This document shows positions 18,432 to 27,900 of a stretch of DNA of 36,423 nucleotides, piece after piece. Under the pieces are notes generated by a model. That model ran no database searches and had not been told where the DNA came from. It saw only the letters and a list, made by a program, of their open reading frames with translations. Origin of the DNA: a virus (Duplodnaviria; Caudoviricetes); IMG/VR virus record IMGVR_UViG_3300002162_000005, positions 1-36,423 of that record. The stretch is one strand, 5' to 3'. The position numbers and the translations under genes are program-made. Numbering within the stretch: position 1 is the stretch's first letter; each line of letters starts with the position of its first letter.

Positions 18432-19055
18432 ATGAACATGGGAGGTGCTACTTTATCAAGTGATTTAATTATAATTATATGTACAAATTTATTTACTCTT
18501 TCTTCTATATGGTTGAAAGATTATTATATTAAAAAGAAACTATCAACTAATAAAATATCTCCTATAGATCGTAGTGATTTATTTATGCGACTTACGCATA
18601 TATGTGGTCAGATAAAAAATGATTTAAGTGCCAATGGAGTATATATTGCATATCTTCATAATGGTGATTATTATAAGAATGGAATGTCTATTGACAAGTT
18701 TACAGTAGTAGCAGAAGACTATGATACAGTTATAGGTATTAGTTATATTTCCAAATATCAAACTAAAATAATAAACTATATTACCTACATGTATCATAGA
18801 CTTCTTACTGATGGAAGATGTTACAAAGTAGATATTCCAAATTTAAAGATGATTGATAATGTATATAAGGAAGATTGTATGTCTCGTAATGTACTTTCTA
18901 CTTATACATTTTTAATTAAAGATGAAGATGAAAAACCAATAGGCTTTATAAGTTTAGAATATTGTTATAACTTTAGTTTTAAAAAGGAGTATGAGTCATG
19001 TATTTGGAAACATCAATTATCTATTTCTAAGAGTATTCGAAATATAAATAAATAA
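18432..19055 (+). CDS. Single-TM protein with GAF-like domain (T4 holin T-like architecture)
   Basis: N-terminal TM (LIIIICTNLFTLSSIWL), then IKNDLSANGVYIAYLHNG and NVLSTYTFLIKDEDEKPIGFISLEY, a GAF-type signature. Confidence 0.6.
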   Translation: MNMGGATLSSDLIIIICTNLFTLSSIWLKDYYIKKKLSTNKISPIDRSDLFMRLTHICGQIKNDLSANGVYIAYLHNGDYYKNGMSIDKFTVVAEDYDTVIGISYISKYQTKIINYITYMYHRLLTDGRCYKVDIPNLKMIDNVYKEDCMSRNVLSTYTFLIKDEDEKPIGFISLEYCYNFSFKKEYESCIWKHQLSISKSIRNINK

Positions 19056-19059
19056 TATT

Positions 19060-21264
19060 ATGAGCAGTTCACTATATATACATGATAATACTTTTACTGT
19101 AAGTCCCAAACCTATAGATACACAATCATTGGCAACTGATATGGATTCGTTGTCAATGGCTTCTGTATATATATATATTGATGGTAATCGTAAAGATGAT
19201 TACATTACTAATGGGACTATTGGAAATGGAACTATCGTAAAACCTTTTATAACTATGGAAGAAGGTTTTGCTTTAATGACAGATATTACTAAATCCTATG
19301 TTTTTCAAGTAACTCCATATAATTATGTAAGTACTAATTCAGTTATAGGTAGTGCTGCTAAAATGACTATTTATGGTAATCAGTCTACATGGACAGTTCC
19401 TAGTGTTACAATAAATGGTGTACATAGTATATATGATTTAAAAACTATTGGTAATATAATTTATAATTATACTGGTACTGAAAGATCTACTAGAATGAAT
19501 GGTTCTATTAATGGCGCTGTTACTATTAATGGTGGTTTCCCACATTTTGAAAATTTAAATTATACTGGTCTAATGACTATTACAGCAGGAACTCCTTATT
19601 TTTCTGCTATAACTGGTGGAGGTAGAATAGTAGTTAATGGTACTCTTGCTCAATTAATATTAGCAAATCCTAATTTAAATATGCCTACTGTAGATGCTGC
19701 AAATATTATAGTAACATTAGGTCAATTATTATGTCATGGTGGATTACTAGTTAATAAAGGAACTACACTTCCAAATATAGTATTCAATAATACTAATACA
19801 ACATCTAATCCTCATGAATTATCAGGATTAATATGTAATACGGGAATAGTTGCTAATTCTAGTTATGTATTTGTTGGTTCAGATGTTGTATCTATTATTA
19901 CAGGAACTAAAGTTATATATACTACTGGAATTCAATCTGCAGTTTCTACTTTTGGTGTTGGTGGTGGAACTGCTCAAGTACAAACTGCTACAATTCCAGC
20001 ACTTATTACAAGTTATGTAACTGGAATGGAATTTACTTATGTTCCATCAGTAACTAATATAGGAGATGCTACTGTTAATGTAAATGGAAGAGGTGCTAAA
20101 TCAATGTTTAGAGGAACTACTATATATGGTGGTACTGCATTATTACCAGGAGATATTGTAGATAGTATTCCTTGTAAGTGTATATATGATGGTCTATATA
20201 TTCGTGTTTTAAATCCTCAAAATGTAAGAGAAGCAACTACTACAATGCGTGGAGCAATGTCAGCATCTGATAAAACTAAATTAGATGGTCTATCTGCTCC
20301 ACTAAAAAATAATATGACAGCATCTGCTATACCTAATGCTTCAAATGATTCTAGTCAAGGTTATCTTGAAGGATCATTATGGGCATATCTAGGTATTACT
20401 TATATTTGTACTAAATCAAATGTAGGTTCAGCTGTTTGGGTATCTAGTTCTGATATATTTTATTTTGATACGTGGGCTAGTTTAATTGCAGCAATTAGTG
20501 TTGCAGGAACTACTTATAATAGTAAATATTGTTCAGTATCTAATGCTAATGGTGGTGCATCTAGTGGTATAACTTATGTATCATCTACTGGTGCTGTCAC
20601 TAATCCTATTTCCGATGGTGGACAAGCTACATACTTTATAAATAGTCAAGGAACTACATATACTGTAACTTGTCAAATTAGAACTATAACTAATCCAATT
20701 ATAACTTCTATTATGCTAACTGCTACTACCAAACCTACTGTGGCAGGTTATTATATATTTACAGTTGTACCAACAGGTGGTTTACCTAGTGGTGTTTCAC
20801 TAAATGATATTGCATATTACAATGGTTCTATTTGGTCAGTTTGGCAAAATTATGCTACAGCAAATACTGTATTAGTAGCAGGTGCAACTATAGCAACTCA
20901 AATTACATGGCGTAAGTTTCAAGGTACTTGGATGTCTACAGCTGATGAATATATTCCTGATGGAAATGAATATCAAACGGGTAAACTATATAATGGTAAA
21001 GCTGTATATAGAAAATGTTCTAATGGTACAATGGCTAATATCTTAAATAGTAATGTAAATGCAGGTTTTTCTGTACCAATGACTGGAACTATATTATCTA
21101 TAGCTGGAGTTTGTAGTAGAACTGATAATTGTATTATAACAATAACTGGTACTGGAGAAACTCAAATATTAGTTCAGAATACAGGAACAGTTGTTACATG
21201 GACTGGTTCTAGTTTATATTTAAGTAGAACATTTAAAGCATGGGTTGAATATACTAAATTATAA
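19060..21264 (+). CDS. Tail fibre / receptor-binding protein
   Basis: 734 aa, Thr/Gly/Ser/Asn-rich; YIDGN..GTIVKPF start of a beta-helix-like region, TNIGDATVNVNGRGAK domain, ATTTMRGAMSASDKTKLDGL fibre repeat, C-terminal EYQTGKLYNGKAVYRK..WVEYTK. Confidence 0.8.
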   Translation: MSSSLYIHDNTFTVSPKPIDTQSLATDMDSLSMASVYIYIDGNRKDDYITNGTIGNGTIVKPFITMEEGFALMTDITKSYVFQVTPYNYVSTNSVIGSAAKMTIYGNQSTWTVPSVTINGVHSIYDLKTIGNIIYNYTGTERSTRMNGSINGAVTINGGFPHFENLNYTGLMTITAGTPYFSAITGGGRIVVNGTLAQLILANPNLNMPTVDAANIIVTLGQLLCHGGLLVNKGTTLPNIVFNNTNTTSNPHELSGLICNTGIVANSSYVFVGSDVVSIITGTKVIYTTGIQSAVSTFGVGGGTAQVQTATIPALITSYVTGMEFTYVPSVTNIGDATVNVNGRGAKSMFRGTTIYGGTALLPGDIVDSIPCKCIYDGLYIRVLNPQNVREATTTMRGAMSASDKTKLDGLSAPLKNNMTASAIPNASNDSSQGYLEGSLWAYLGITYICTKSNVGSAVWVSSSDIFYFDTWASLIAAISVAGTTYNSKYCSVSNANGGASSGITYVSSTGAVTNPISDGGQATYFINSQGTTYTVTCQIRTITNPIITSIMLTATTKPTVAGYYIFTVVPTGGLPSGVSLNDIAYYNGSIWSVWQNYATANTVLVAGATIATQITWRKFQGTWMSTADEYIPDGNEYQTGKLYNGKAVYRKCSNGTMANILNSNVNAGFSVPMTGTILSIAGVCSRTDNCIITITGTGETQILVQNTGTVVTWTGSSLYLSRTFKAWVEYTKL

Positions 21265-21270
21265 ATTATT

Positions 21271-21969
21271 ATGGCTCAAAGTTTAAATGAATATGCTTCA
21301 CGGGTTGCTCATATAGTTGGGCAACCTGATAATCAATCTTTAAAAGAACGTGTAAAACAAATGTTTAAAGATTATTTTGCCAAATATTTAATTCAATCTA
21401 TAGATCGTAATGGTATTTCACCATACTATAAATTAAGTTTAATAATTGGTTTAAATAGAGATCCTGATTATAAAGTAATAAATCCTTTACATGATAGAGT
21501 AGGTGATCTTAAGCAATATACTTATACTAGTTTCATAGCTAAAAATATACCTATGCCTATGAACATTAAAAATGATTCTCCATTTACTAGAGTCACTAGT
21601 GTTCTTACAGGTAAAAATTTTAGTTATTGTTCACCTAATCGTTACCGAATTGCTTCTAGCCTTGTGCCTACTGGGTGTCCTAGATTATATACTTATTCTA
21701 ATAATAATCTAATGGCAAAGTATTTATATCCCATGGATGATCTACAAACATTTCCTGATAATATAACTGTTGAATTAGAAGGAATATTTGAAAATCCTGA
21801 AGAAGTAATTGCACTAAATATAAATACTATTAATACTAGTGATTATATGTCAGATATGCAAGATTTTCCTTTACCATTTCCTAATGAGATGATGTCTTTT
21901 ATAATTGCTGAGATATTAAAAGTAGAATTTGGTATTATGCCTAAAGATGTAGATATAATTAAAGAATAA
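21271..21969 (+). CDS. Tail ring/tubular-like protein (crAss-like)
   Basis: ITVELEGIFENPEEV and FPLPFPNEMMSFII, ring-protein-like C-terminal motifs; synteny. Confidence 0.65.
   Translation: MAQSLNEYASRVAHIVGQPDNQSLKERVKQMFKDYFAKYLIQSIDRNGISPYYKLSLIIGLNRDPDYKVINPLHDRVGDLKQYTYTSFIAKNIPMPMNIKNDSPFTRVTSVLTGKNFSYCSPNRYRIASSLVPTGCPRLYTYSNNNLMAKYLYPMDDLQTFPDNITVELEGIFENPEEVIALNINTINTSDYMSDMQDFPLPFPNEMMSFIIAEILKVEFGIMPKDVDIIKE
21644..21675 (+). repeat. Dispersed tripartite DNA motif, copy 2 (ACCGAA-N9-GCCTT-N4-CTACTGGG), intragenic
   Basis: accgaattgcttctagccttgtgcctactggg; read through codons atypical for this genome (cga, agc, gtg, ggg). Confidence 0.7.
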
Positions 21970-21974
21970 TACTA

Positions 21975-22814
21975 ATGTTAGAATTTAATATAAAAGACTA
22001 TCATAAAGATTATATAAATTATTATTTAAAGCAATGTGAGATTATAAAAACTCAAATACATTCTTTATATAATGATATGTATTCTATTTATGACATTATA
22101 CATGATTCATATAATAACTTTAAGAAACATAATATAGATATATTAGGTATTCTATCTTTAAAATATATTGGTAGGCATATACCTTTACTATCTACTTATT
22201 CTGATGATGAACAAATATTTATTAGTAGATATAATCACTTATTGATTATAATAGATAATATTAAAAAGTTATCGGAATTATTAAAGCAATTTACTTTTTA
22301 TTCTAAAATACCGTATATAGTATTTAGAGTTATTATATATGCTAGTAATTTTGAAATTACTATACAATTATTAAAAGGAAATAAGTTCTTTATACCTATA
22401 TTAGGTAGATTATATGTAGCTAGAGTTCCTTATGATAGTAGTATTCCTGACTGGGGTAATTCTATGAAATTTAAAGACTTTTTATTAAGTGAAGGATTAC
22501 AACCTAAAGATAAAGATAATAAAGATGGTAAATTGTGGTTAGTGGATAATGGTTTAAACAGAGATGATTTTGTACTCCTACGATGGGAGAAACACGGTTC
22601 TAAACTACGAAATAAAGAACCTTATAGATTAGTTCCATGTACATTTGGAAACATCTACAGCAAGTCTCTAAAACGTATATTTGATATTAAAGAATTATTA
22701 AATAATACAGGAACAGGTTTGTTTGATAAAATAATGCATCTATATCGTTATCATTATAAATATACACAGGATACTTATCCTTATGTAAATACAAAACCTA
22801 GAAAAGATTCATAA
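21975..22814 (+). CDS. IHF-like protein (crAss-like), extended
   Basis: LLKGNKFFIPILGRLYVAR, PDWGNS, LLRWEK; position upstream of the tubular and stabilisation genes. Confidence 0.6.
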   Translation: MLEFNIKDYHKDYINYYLKQCEIIKTQIHSLYNDMYSIYDIIHDSYNNFKKHNIDILGILSLKYIGRHIPLLSTYSDDEQIFISRYNHLLIIIDNIKKLSELLKQFTFYSKIPYIVFRVIIYASNFEITIQLLKGNKFFIPILGRLYVARVPYDSSIPDWGNSMKFKDFLLSEGLQPKDKDNKDGKLWLVDNGLNRDDFVLLRWEKHGSKLRNKEPYRLVPCTFGNIYSKSLKRIFDIKELLNNTGTGLFDKIMHLYRYHYKYTQDTYPYVNTKPRKDS

Positions 22815-22815
22815 T

Positions 22816-23655
22816 ATGGTAAACAAATATATATCCTCACGAGTTATTATAGAACGTATTTATGATGACTATAATATTCAATCTGATGACTTTGTAACTA
22901 AAGTACCTACATGGGTTTTAAATAGTTTACGTGAGATTGGAATAAGACAAAGTTATATAACTAAGAATTATGAAACTCAATTTAATCATAATAGGATATG
23001 TATTCCTATAGATATAGATAAAATATATGGTGTACTTATCAATGGTATGGAAGCTATAGTTGAATTTGATAATAAAGTATATGACAAAATTAAAAGTAAT
23101 ACTCATAGAGTAATAGGATTTAAAGGTGATGTATTTAAAGACGATACTAATATCATAGATCTATGTACTGTTCCTGAAAGAGAAATAGATAATACTTCTC
23201 CAGTTGATCCTGATACTTTAATACCTTATAATGATGGAACTCTTAGTCAAGTATTAATATCTAAAAATATTAATATGCATTATTGGAGAAGTAGACCCAA
23301 ATCTAATATTACATATAAAATAAATAATGGTTGGATACAAACAAATTGTGAGCATGGTAATTGTGAAATATTAGCCGGCTCAATTCCACATGTGTATGAT
23401 TATGATTTAGATCAATTATTTCCTGTTATTCCTGATGATGAATGTCTTATTAAATGTCTTATTGATTATTGTTTAAATATGATTTTAATGAGAGGTTACA
23501 AACATTCTTTATTATCTTTATTAAGTAATAATGAATTTATTAATCCAGCATTAGCATATAAAAATAATAAGATGGCAGCACGTAATAGTTGTAATAGTAT
23601 GTCACCATCTTCTAAAGAATCTCTTTCAAAATTAATAGGACGTAGTATTATATAA
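22816..23655 (+). CDS. Tail tubular protein (P22 gp4-like ring protein)
   Basis: YISSRVIIERIYDDY, WVLNSLREIG, YKINNGWIQTN, FPVIPDDE; directly upstream of the stabilisation gene. Confidence 0.75.
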   Translation: MVNKYISSRVIIERIYDDYNIQSDDFVTKVPTWVLNSLREIGIRQSYITKNYETQFNHNRICIPIDIDKIYGVLINGMEAIVEFDNKVYDKIKSNTHRVIGFKGDVFKDDTNIIDLCTVPEREIDNTSPVDPDTLIPYNDGTLSQVLISKNINMHYWRSRPKSNITYKINNGWIQTNCEHGNCEILAGSIPHVYDYDLDQLFPVIPDDECLIKCLIDYCLNMILMRGYKHSLLSLLSNNEFINPALAYKNNKMAARNSCNSMSPSSKESLSKLIGRSII

Positions 23656-23657
23656 TT

Positions 23658-26600
23658 ATGAAACTAAATAAAGGACTTGCTTTAGACCCTATACCTTCTA
23701 CTGCTCAAACAGGAGATTATAGATATGCTCAAAATGTTATATTAGATAATACTTTTCAATTTCCTAAGAATGAAGATGGATTGAAAGCTGCTAATATAAA
23801 TAATGTAGATATTGAGTTTTCTAGTGTATGTGGTATAATACCTTTTGATAAAGGTGTTATAATGTTTTATTATCATAAAGTAAATGCTGATTTTATACCT
23901 GCTATTACAGTAATGTATACTAATCAGATAATTGCTGATCCGCCTTATAGTTATGAATATTTAAGTAGACCTATATTACTTCCTCAATTACAATTTGTGC
24001 CTTATCAACCTATTAGAGGTACTGTAAGTTATAATCGTAATGGAGATTTAATATGTATATTCTCTTGTGGTGTTAATGGAGATTGGGAAGATAAAATTAT
24101 AAATATTACTAAATTTAATAATACTACTAATTATCCTAGTGATACTAATGGTAATTATACTTTTACAAATAAAGATTTTTATTTATTGGATTTAAATCAG
24201 AATGTATCTTTTCCTAAAATTACTGATACTATAATTACTGGTTCACTATTAACAGGTAGTTATCAATTTGCTGTGTGTTACAAATTAGATATAGAATATA
24301 GTAATTATAGTTTATTATCTTTACCTAGATATATTTATGGTTATAATACAGATTATAAAGGCAATGATGGACTTAAACCAAATACTTTAAGTGATAAAGG
24401 TATTCAAGTAAATTGTGTTGATTTAGATACTAATTATGAATTTTATAGACTTGCTGTTATATATAATAATGGTACATCATTTGTAGTATATACTACTCCT
24501 GATATTAAAACTACAACGCCTACATTTTCTATAACTTTATTAGATGTATTAACTCTTGGTTCATTAGATGCCACTCTTACTAATTCAATATATTATTCAA
24601 ATAGTGAGAGTTTGGATATAATGAATAATAGACTTTATAGAGCTAATCTAAAAACTATTAAATCTGATTTTTATGATATAGAAGGACAAGCATTAGCTAA
24701 TGCATTATCTTTAAAATTAATTAGTAGTAATATAGATACTAGTCAATTAAGTACTCCTAAGAGTAAACAATTTATTAAATTTCAAAGTAATGAAGTTTAT
24801 GCTCTTTATTTTACTTTAGGAGATAAAAAAGGAAATGTTATAGGTTCATATCCTATAAATACTAATTTACTAACGGGATTAACTAAAGCTAAAAGTCCTA
24901 GTATTGTTACTACTATTACAGGATATAGTGGTAACTTTTTAGGTTCAGTTCCTCCTACTACAGTTGGTGCAATATTAAGTAGAAATGTTACAGTTGCAAC
25001 GATTGTAGGTTTTACAGTAAAACTATATTATAATACAGGTAGTGATTTAGTTCATTATAATGCGTATATGTCAGTTACTGTTCCAATAGGAAGTAATACT
25101 GCCAGTGGTACTTTAACTATGCCTTCTATTCCTGGAGGTTATACATATCATCATGCAACAGCAATTGCAGATAGTATTGTTCCTGATATTGATCCTAGTG
25201 CTGCAGTACTCGATTATGTATATCAAATACCTGATGAAAATTTAGGTACTACTGAGAATACACAAGTACAATATACTATAAATACTATACAGGTTACATT
25301 ACCAAATAATGTTTCTACTATATTATCTAATAGTTATAATAATATAGGTTTTTGGTGTATTCATAGAGCTATAAGAAATAATACTAATAGTAAAATTTAT
25401 ACTCAAGGAATTGCTATAGCAGGACAATTACAAAGACTACTTCCTGCTGGTGAAGTTAATACTGATCCTCAATTTTGGGATGATAATCCTGATATATATT
25501 GGACAGCATCTGATAATCATGATATGGATAAATATAGTTATTTTCCAGATTATAAGATGTTAGATGGTAGAGAATATCCTATACGATTTTATAGTTTTGA
25601 AGATCTATATAATAGAAATAGTAATTTTCCTATTAATGCTAATATTGATGTTATATCTTGGTATTCTAAACATATAGATTGGACAACTACATTTAAAGAT
25701 GTTTCAGGTTCTAAAGCATTGTGGTTAGATCGTATATTTCAAATGTATAGAAGTGATCCTATTTGGACTGCTTATACTACTGATGATATTCCTGAGGCTA
25801 AATATAGTCATAAAGTTCTTATAAAATCTCAGGCTTTATTAGAAGACAATAATGCTGATATACTAAACTTCTATAGAGAAGCAACTCGTCAATTAAAACT
25901 TGAAGATAACGAAAATAATTTTACTATTGCTAAACAAGGTAATATAGGTAGTTTAAATTATAGATCACTTTTTAGAGCAAATGTTTATACTAATGCCATT
26001 GAATATTATAAATATATATTTGATGAAACACTGGAACTATGTACAGTACTTAATAAAATAACTGATCTTACTATTACTGCTAAAGGTGATACTTTTTATT
26101 CTGACTTTTATTTAAGACTAAAAAGATTATATCCTAATTTTCCTAATAATAGTGCTTCTATACCTATATTTCCTACTACTAAATTATATGATAGTGAATA
26201 TTTAAAAGGTATTGCATATAGTTATGAAATGAGATTTTTAATTGAATCTAAATATAATATTCATGCTAGATATTGGACAGGTGATTATCCTGATTATGAT
26301 AATCCAATTAAAACATCTACAGTAGAAGGTTATAATAAAGTATATAATTTACAAGATACTGAAAATGTAGTAACTGCAATTGATGTAGTAAATGATTTAG
26401 ATAGACAACAGTTATCTAATTATTATCCTAGCAGAATAATTAAATCAACTAAAACTAATATAGAAGTAAATCAATTAGGCTTTAGAAAATATTTGGCATT
26501 AGATTATTTTGATATGCCCTATAATAGAGGTGCTATTAGACATATCGCATCCACATATAAAAATCTATATATTCAACAAGAACTATGTTTAAGTATTGCT

Positions 26601-27689
26601 TCTGTAAAAGATGTAGTATCTTATCAAGATGGTACAACTTATGTAGGCAGTGGAGATTTATTTGATAGACAACCTGTTGAAGTTATACCTACAGGTTATG
26701 GCTTTATTGGATGTAGAGATTATTTTAATTGTGGTATGTCAGATATAGGTTTTTGGACTATTGATTTAATTCAAGGTATTATATCTTTAATTACAGATGA
26801 TAAAGTAAAACTTATATCAGAAGGTAAAAATAAAGAATGGCTTAAAACTAATTTAATGTATGAAGATAATGAAGCAACTAATCCATTTACTGGCATTGGA
26901 TACTTTATTACTTATGATCATTATCATAAACGTTTACTATTAACTATGAGTAATAGATATACTCTTAGTTATGTACCTGAAATTAATAATTGGTTATCTT
27001 TTCATTATTATAAACCTCAATTTGGAATATATACTAGAGATAGAACTTATTTATTTGAAGATAGAACTAAAATAGTAAATGGTAGTGGTATTAGTTATTT
27101 AAAACCTTTTTTCTTTGATCCTAATTATAAAGGACAATATAGTGATTCTACTAAGACTATAGGTGATAATATGCCTAAAGATATAAGTCCTATGATTATA
27201 TCTATTTATACTAGTGATGAATCTGAAAAGAATAAACTTTGGGAAACATTGTATTGGGATAGTAAACTTAATATAAATAATTTTGATATATATAATCAAA
27301 CTTTTACTGAATTATTTATACACAATGATACTCAATGTACTGGACGTAAAAGTATAAATGATTATTCTCAAGAATTTTGTGATTCTATTAGTGGAGTAAA
27401 TAAAAAAGAACTTTGGATGTTTAATCAGATATTTGATTATGTTAGTAATAATAAAGCACCATTCTTAAATAACTTTACTGAGTTCCTAGCAAACTTTAAT
27501 TATAATAAAGATTGGATGGATATATCAAAATTAATGAGTACATTTGCCTGTGTTACACTGTTCTTTGACAATTACTATTATGCCTTAGATGGACAATCAA
27601 AAGTCAATGACGTTACACAGCATAATATGTATAAACCTAGTGTATTATTAAAAGATTTATACTTACAATACAAGTTAGATATAAGATAA
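23658..27689 (+). CDS. Tail stabilisation / muzzle protein (P22 gp10-like)
   Basis: 1343 aa; KGLALD..YRYAQN, GSLLTGSYQFAVCY, NNRLYRANL, NEVYALY, MPYNRGAI, GSGDLF, YTLSY..NNWLSFHYYKP. Confidence 0.85.
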   Translation: MKLNKGLALDPIPSTAQTGDYRYAQNVILDNTFQFPKNEDGLKAANINNVDIEFSSVCGIIPFDKGVIMFYYHKVNADFIPAITVMYTNQIIADPPYSYEYLSRPILLPQLQFVPYQPIRGTVSYNRNGDLICIFSCGVNGDWEDKIINITKFNNTTNYPSDTNGNYTFTNKDFYLLDLNQNVSFPKITDTIITGSLLTGSYQFAVCYKLDIEYSNYSLLSLPRYIYGYNTDYKGNDGLKPNTLSDKGIQVNCVDLDTNYEFYRLAVIYNNGTSFVVYTTPDIKTTTPTFSITLLDVLTLGSLDATLTNSIYYSNSESLDIMNNRLYRANLKTIKSDFYDIEGQALANALSLKLISSNIDTSQLSTPKSKQFIKFQSNEVYALYFTLGDKKGNVIGSYPINTNLLTGLTKAKSPSIVTTITGYSGNFLGSVPPTTVGAILSRNVTVATIVGFTVKLYYNTGSDLVHYNAYMSVTVPIGSNTASGTLTMPSIPGGYTYHHATAIADSIVPDIDPSAAVLDYVYQIPDENLGTTENTQVQYTINTIQVTLPNNVSTILSNSYNNIGFWCIHRAIRNNTNSKIYTQGIAIAGQLQRLLPAGEVNTDPQFWDDNPDIYWTASDNHDMDKYSYFPDYKMLDGREYPIRFYSFEDLYNRNSNFPINANIDVISWYSKHIDWTTTFKDVSGSKALWLDRIFQMYRSDPIWTAYTTDDIPEAKYSHKVLIKSQALLEDNNADILNFYREATRQLKLEDNENNFTIAKQGNIGSLNYRSLFRANVYTNAIEYYKYIFDETLELCTVLNKITDLTITAKGDTFYSDFYLRLKRLYPNFPNNSASIPIFPTTKLYDSEYLKGIAYSYEMRFLIESKYNIHARYWTGDYPDYDNPIKTSTVEGYNKVYNLQDTENVVTAIDVVNDLDRQQLSNYYPSRIIKSTKTNIEVNQLGFRKYLALDYFDMPYNRGAIRHIASTYKNLYIQQELCLSIASVKDVVSYQDGTTYVGSGDLFDRQPVEVIPTGYGFIGCRDYFNCGMSDIGFWTIDLIQGIISLITDDKVKLISEGKNKEWLKTNLMYEDNEATNPFTGIGYFITYDHYHKRLLLTMSNRYTLSYVPEINNWLSFHYYKPQFGIYTRDRTYLFEDRTKIVNGSGISYLKPFFFDPNYKGQYSDSTKTIGDNMPKDISPMIISIYTSDESEKNKLWETLYWDSKLNINNFDIYNQTFTELFIHNDTQCTGRKSINDYSQEFCDSISGVNKKELWMFNQIFDYVSNNKAPFLNNFTEFLANFNYNKDWMDISKLMSTFACVTLFFDNYYYALDGQSKVNDVTQHNMYKPSVLLKDLYLQYKLDIR

Positions 27690-27727
27690 ATATTCATTCA
27701 TTATGTACAAACAATTAAACAATTATT

Positions 27728-27826
27728 ATGGCTGCTAAAAAGATTGTTGGTAAGACACCAACTACTTCAAAAAAACCTACTATGCCAATGAAACCTAAGA
27801 TGGCTTGTGGTGGAAAGAAAAAGTAA
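27728..27826 (+). CDS. Small basic peptide MAAKKIVGKTPTTSKKPTMPMKPKMACGGKKK (32 aa, not in the ORF track)
   Basis: ATG preceded by a typical AT-rich leader, normal codon usage, TAA stop followed immediately by a terminator. Confidence 0.7.
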   Translation: MAAKKIVGKTPTTSKKPTMPMKPKMACGGKKK

Positions 27827-27832
27827 TTTAAT

Positions 27833-27882
27833 AGAGTATAACTAAACTAATATATAGTTTTAGTTATACTCTTTAATTGTTT
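27833..27882 (+). terminator. Rho-independent terminator
   Basis: AGAGTATAACTAAACTA-atata-TAGTTTTAGTTATACTCT (17-bp stem with one bulge), then TTAATTGTTT. Confidence 0.7.
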
Positions 27883-27900
27883 AATAAATACTTATTTATT

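Noticed and set aside
20401-20408. Additional intragenic TATATTTG promoter-like matches
   Set aside because: Expected by chance in AT-rich coding DNA and not positioned ahead of genes
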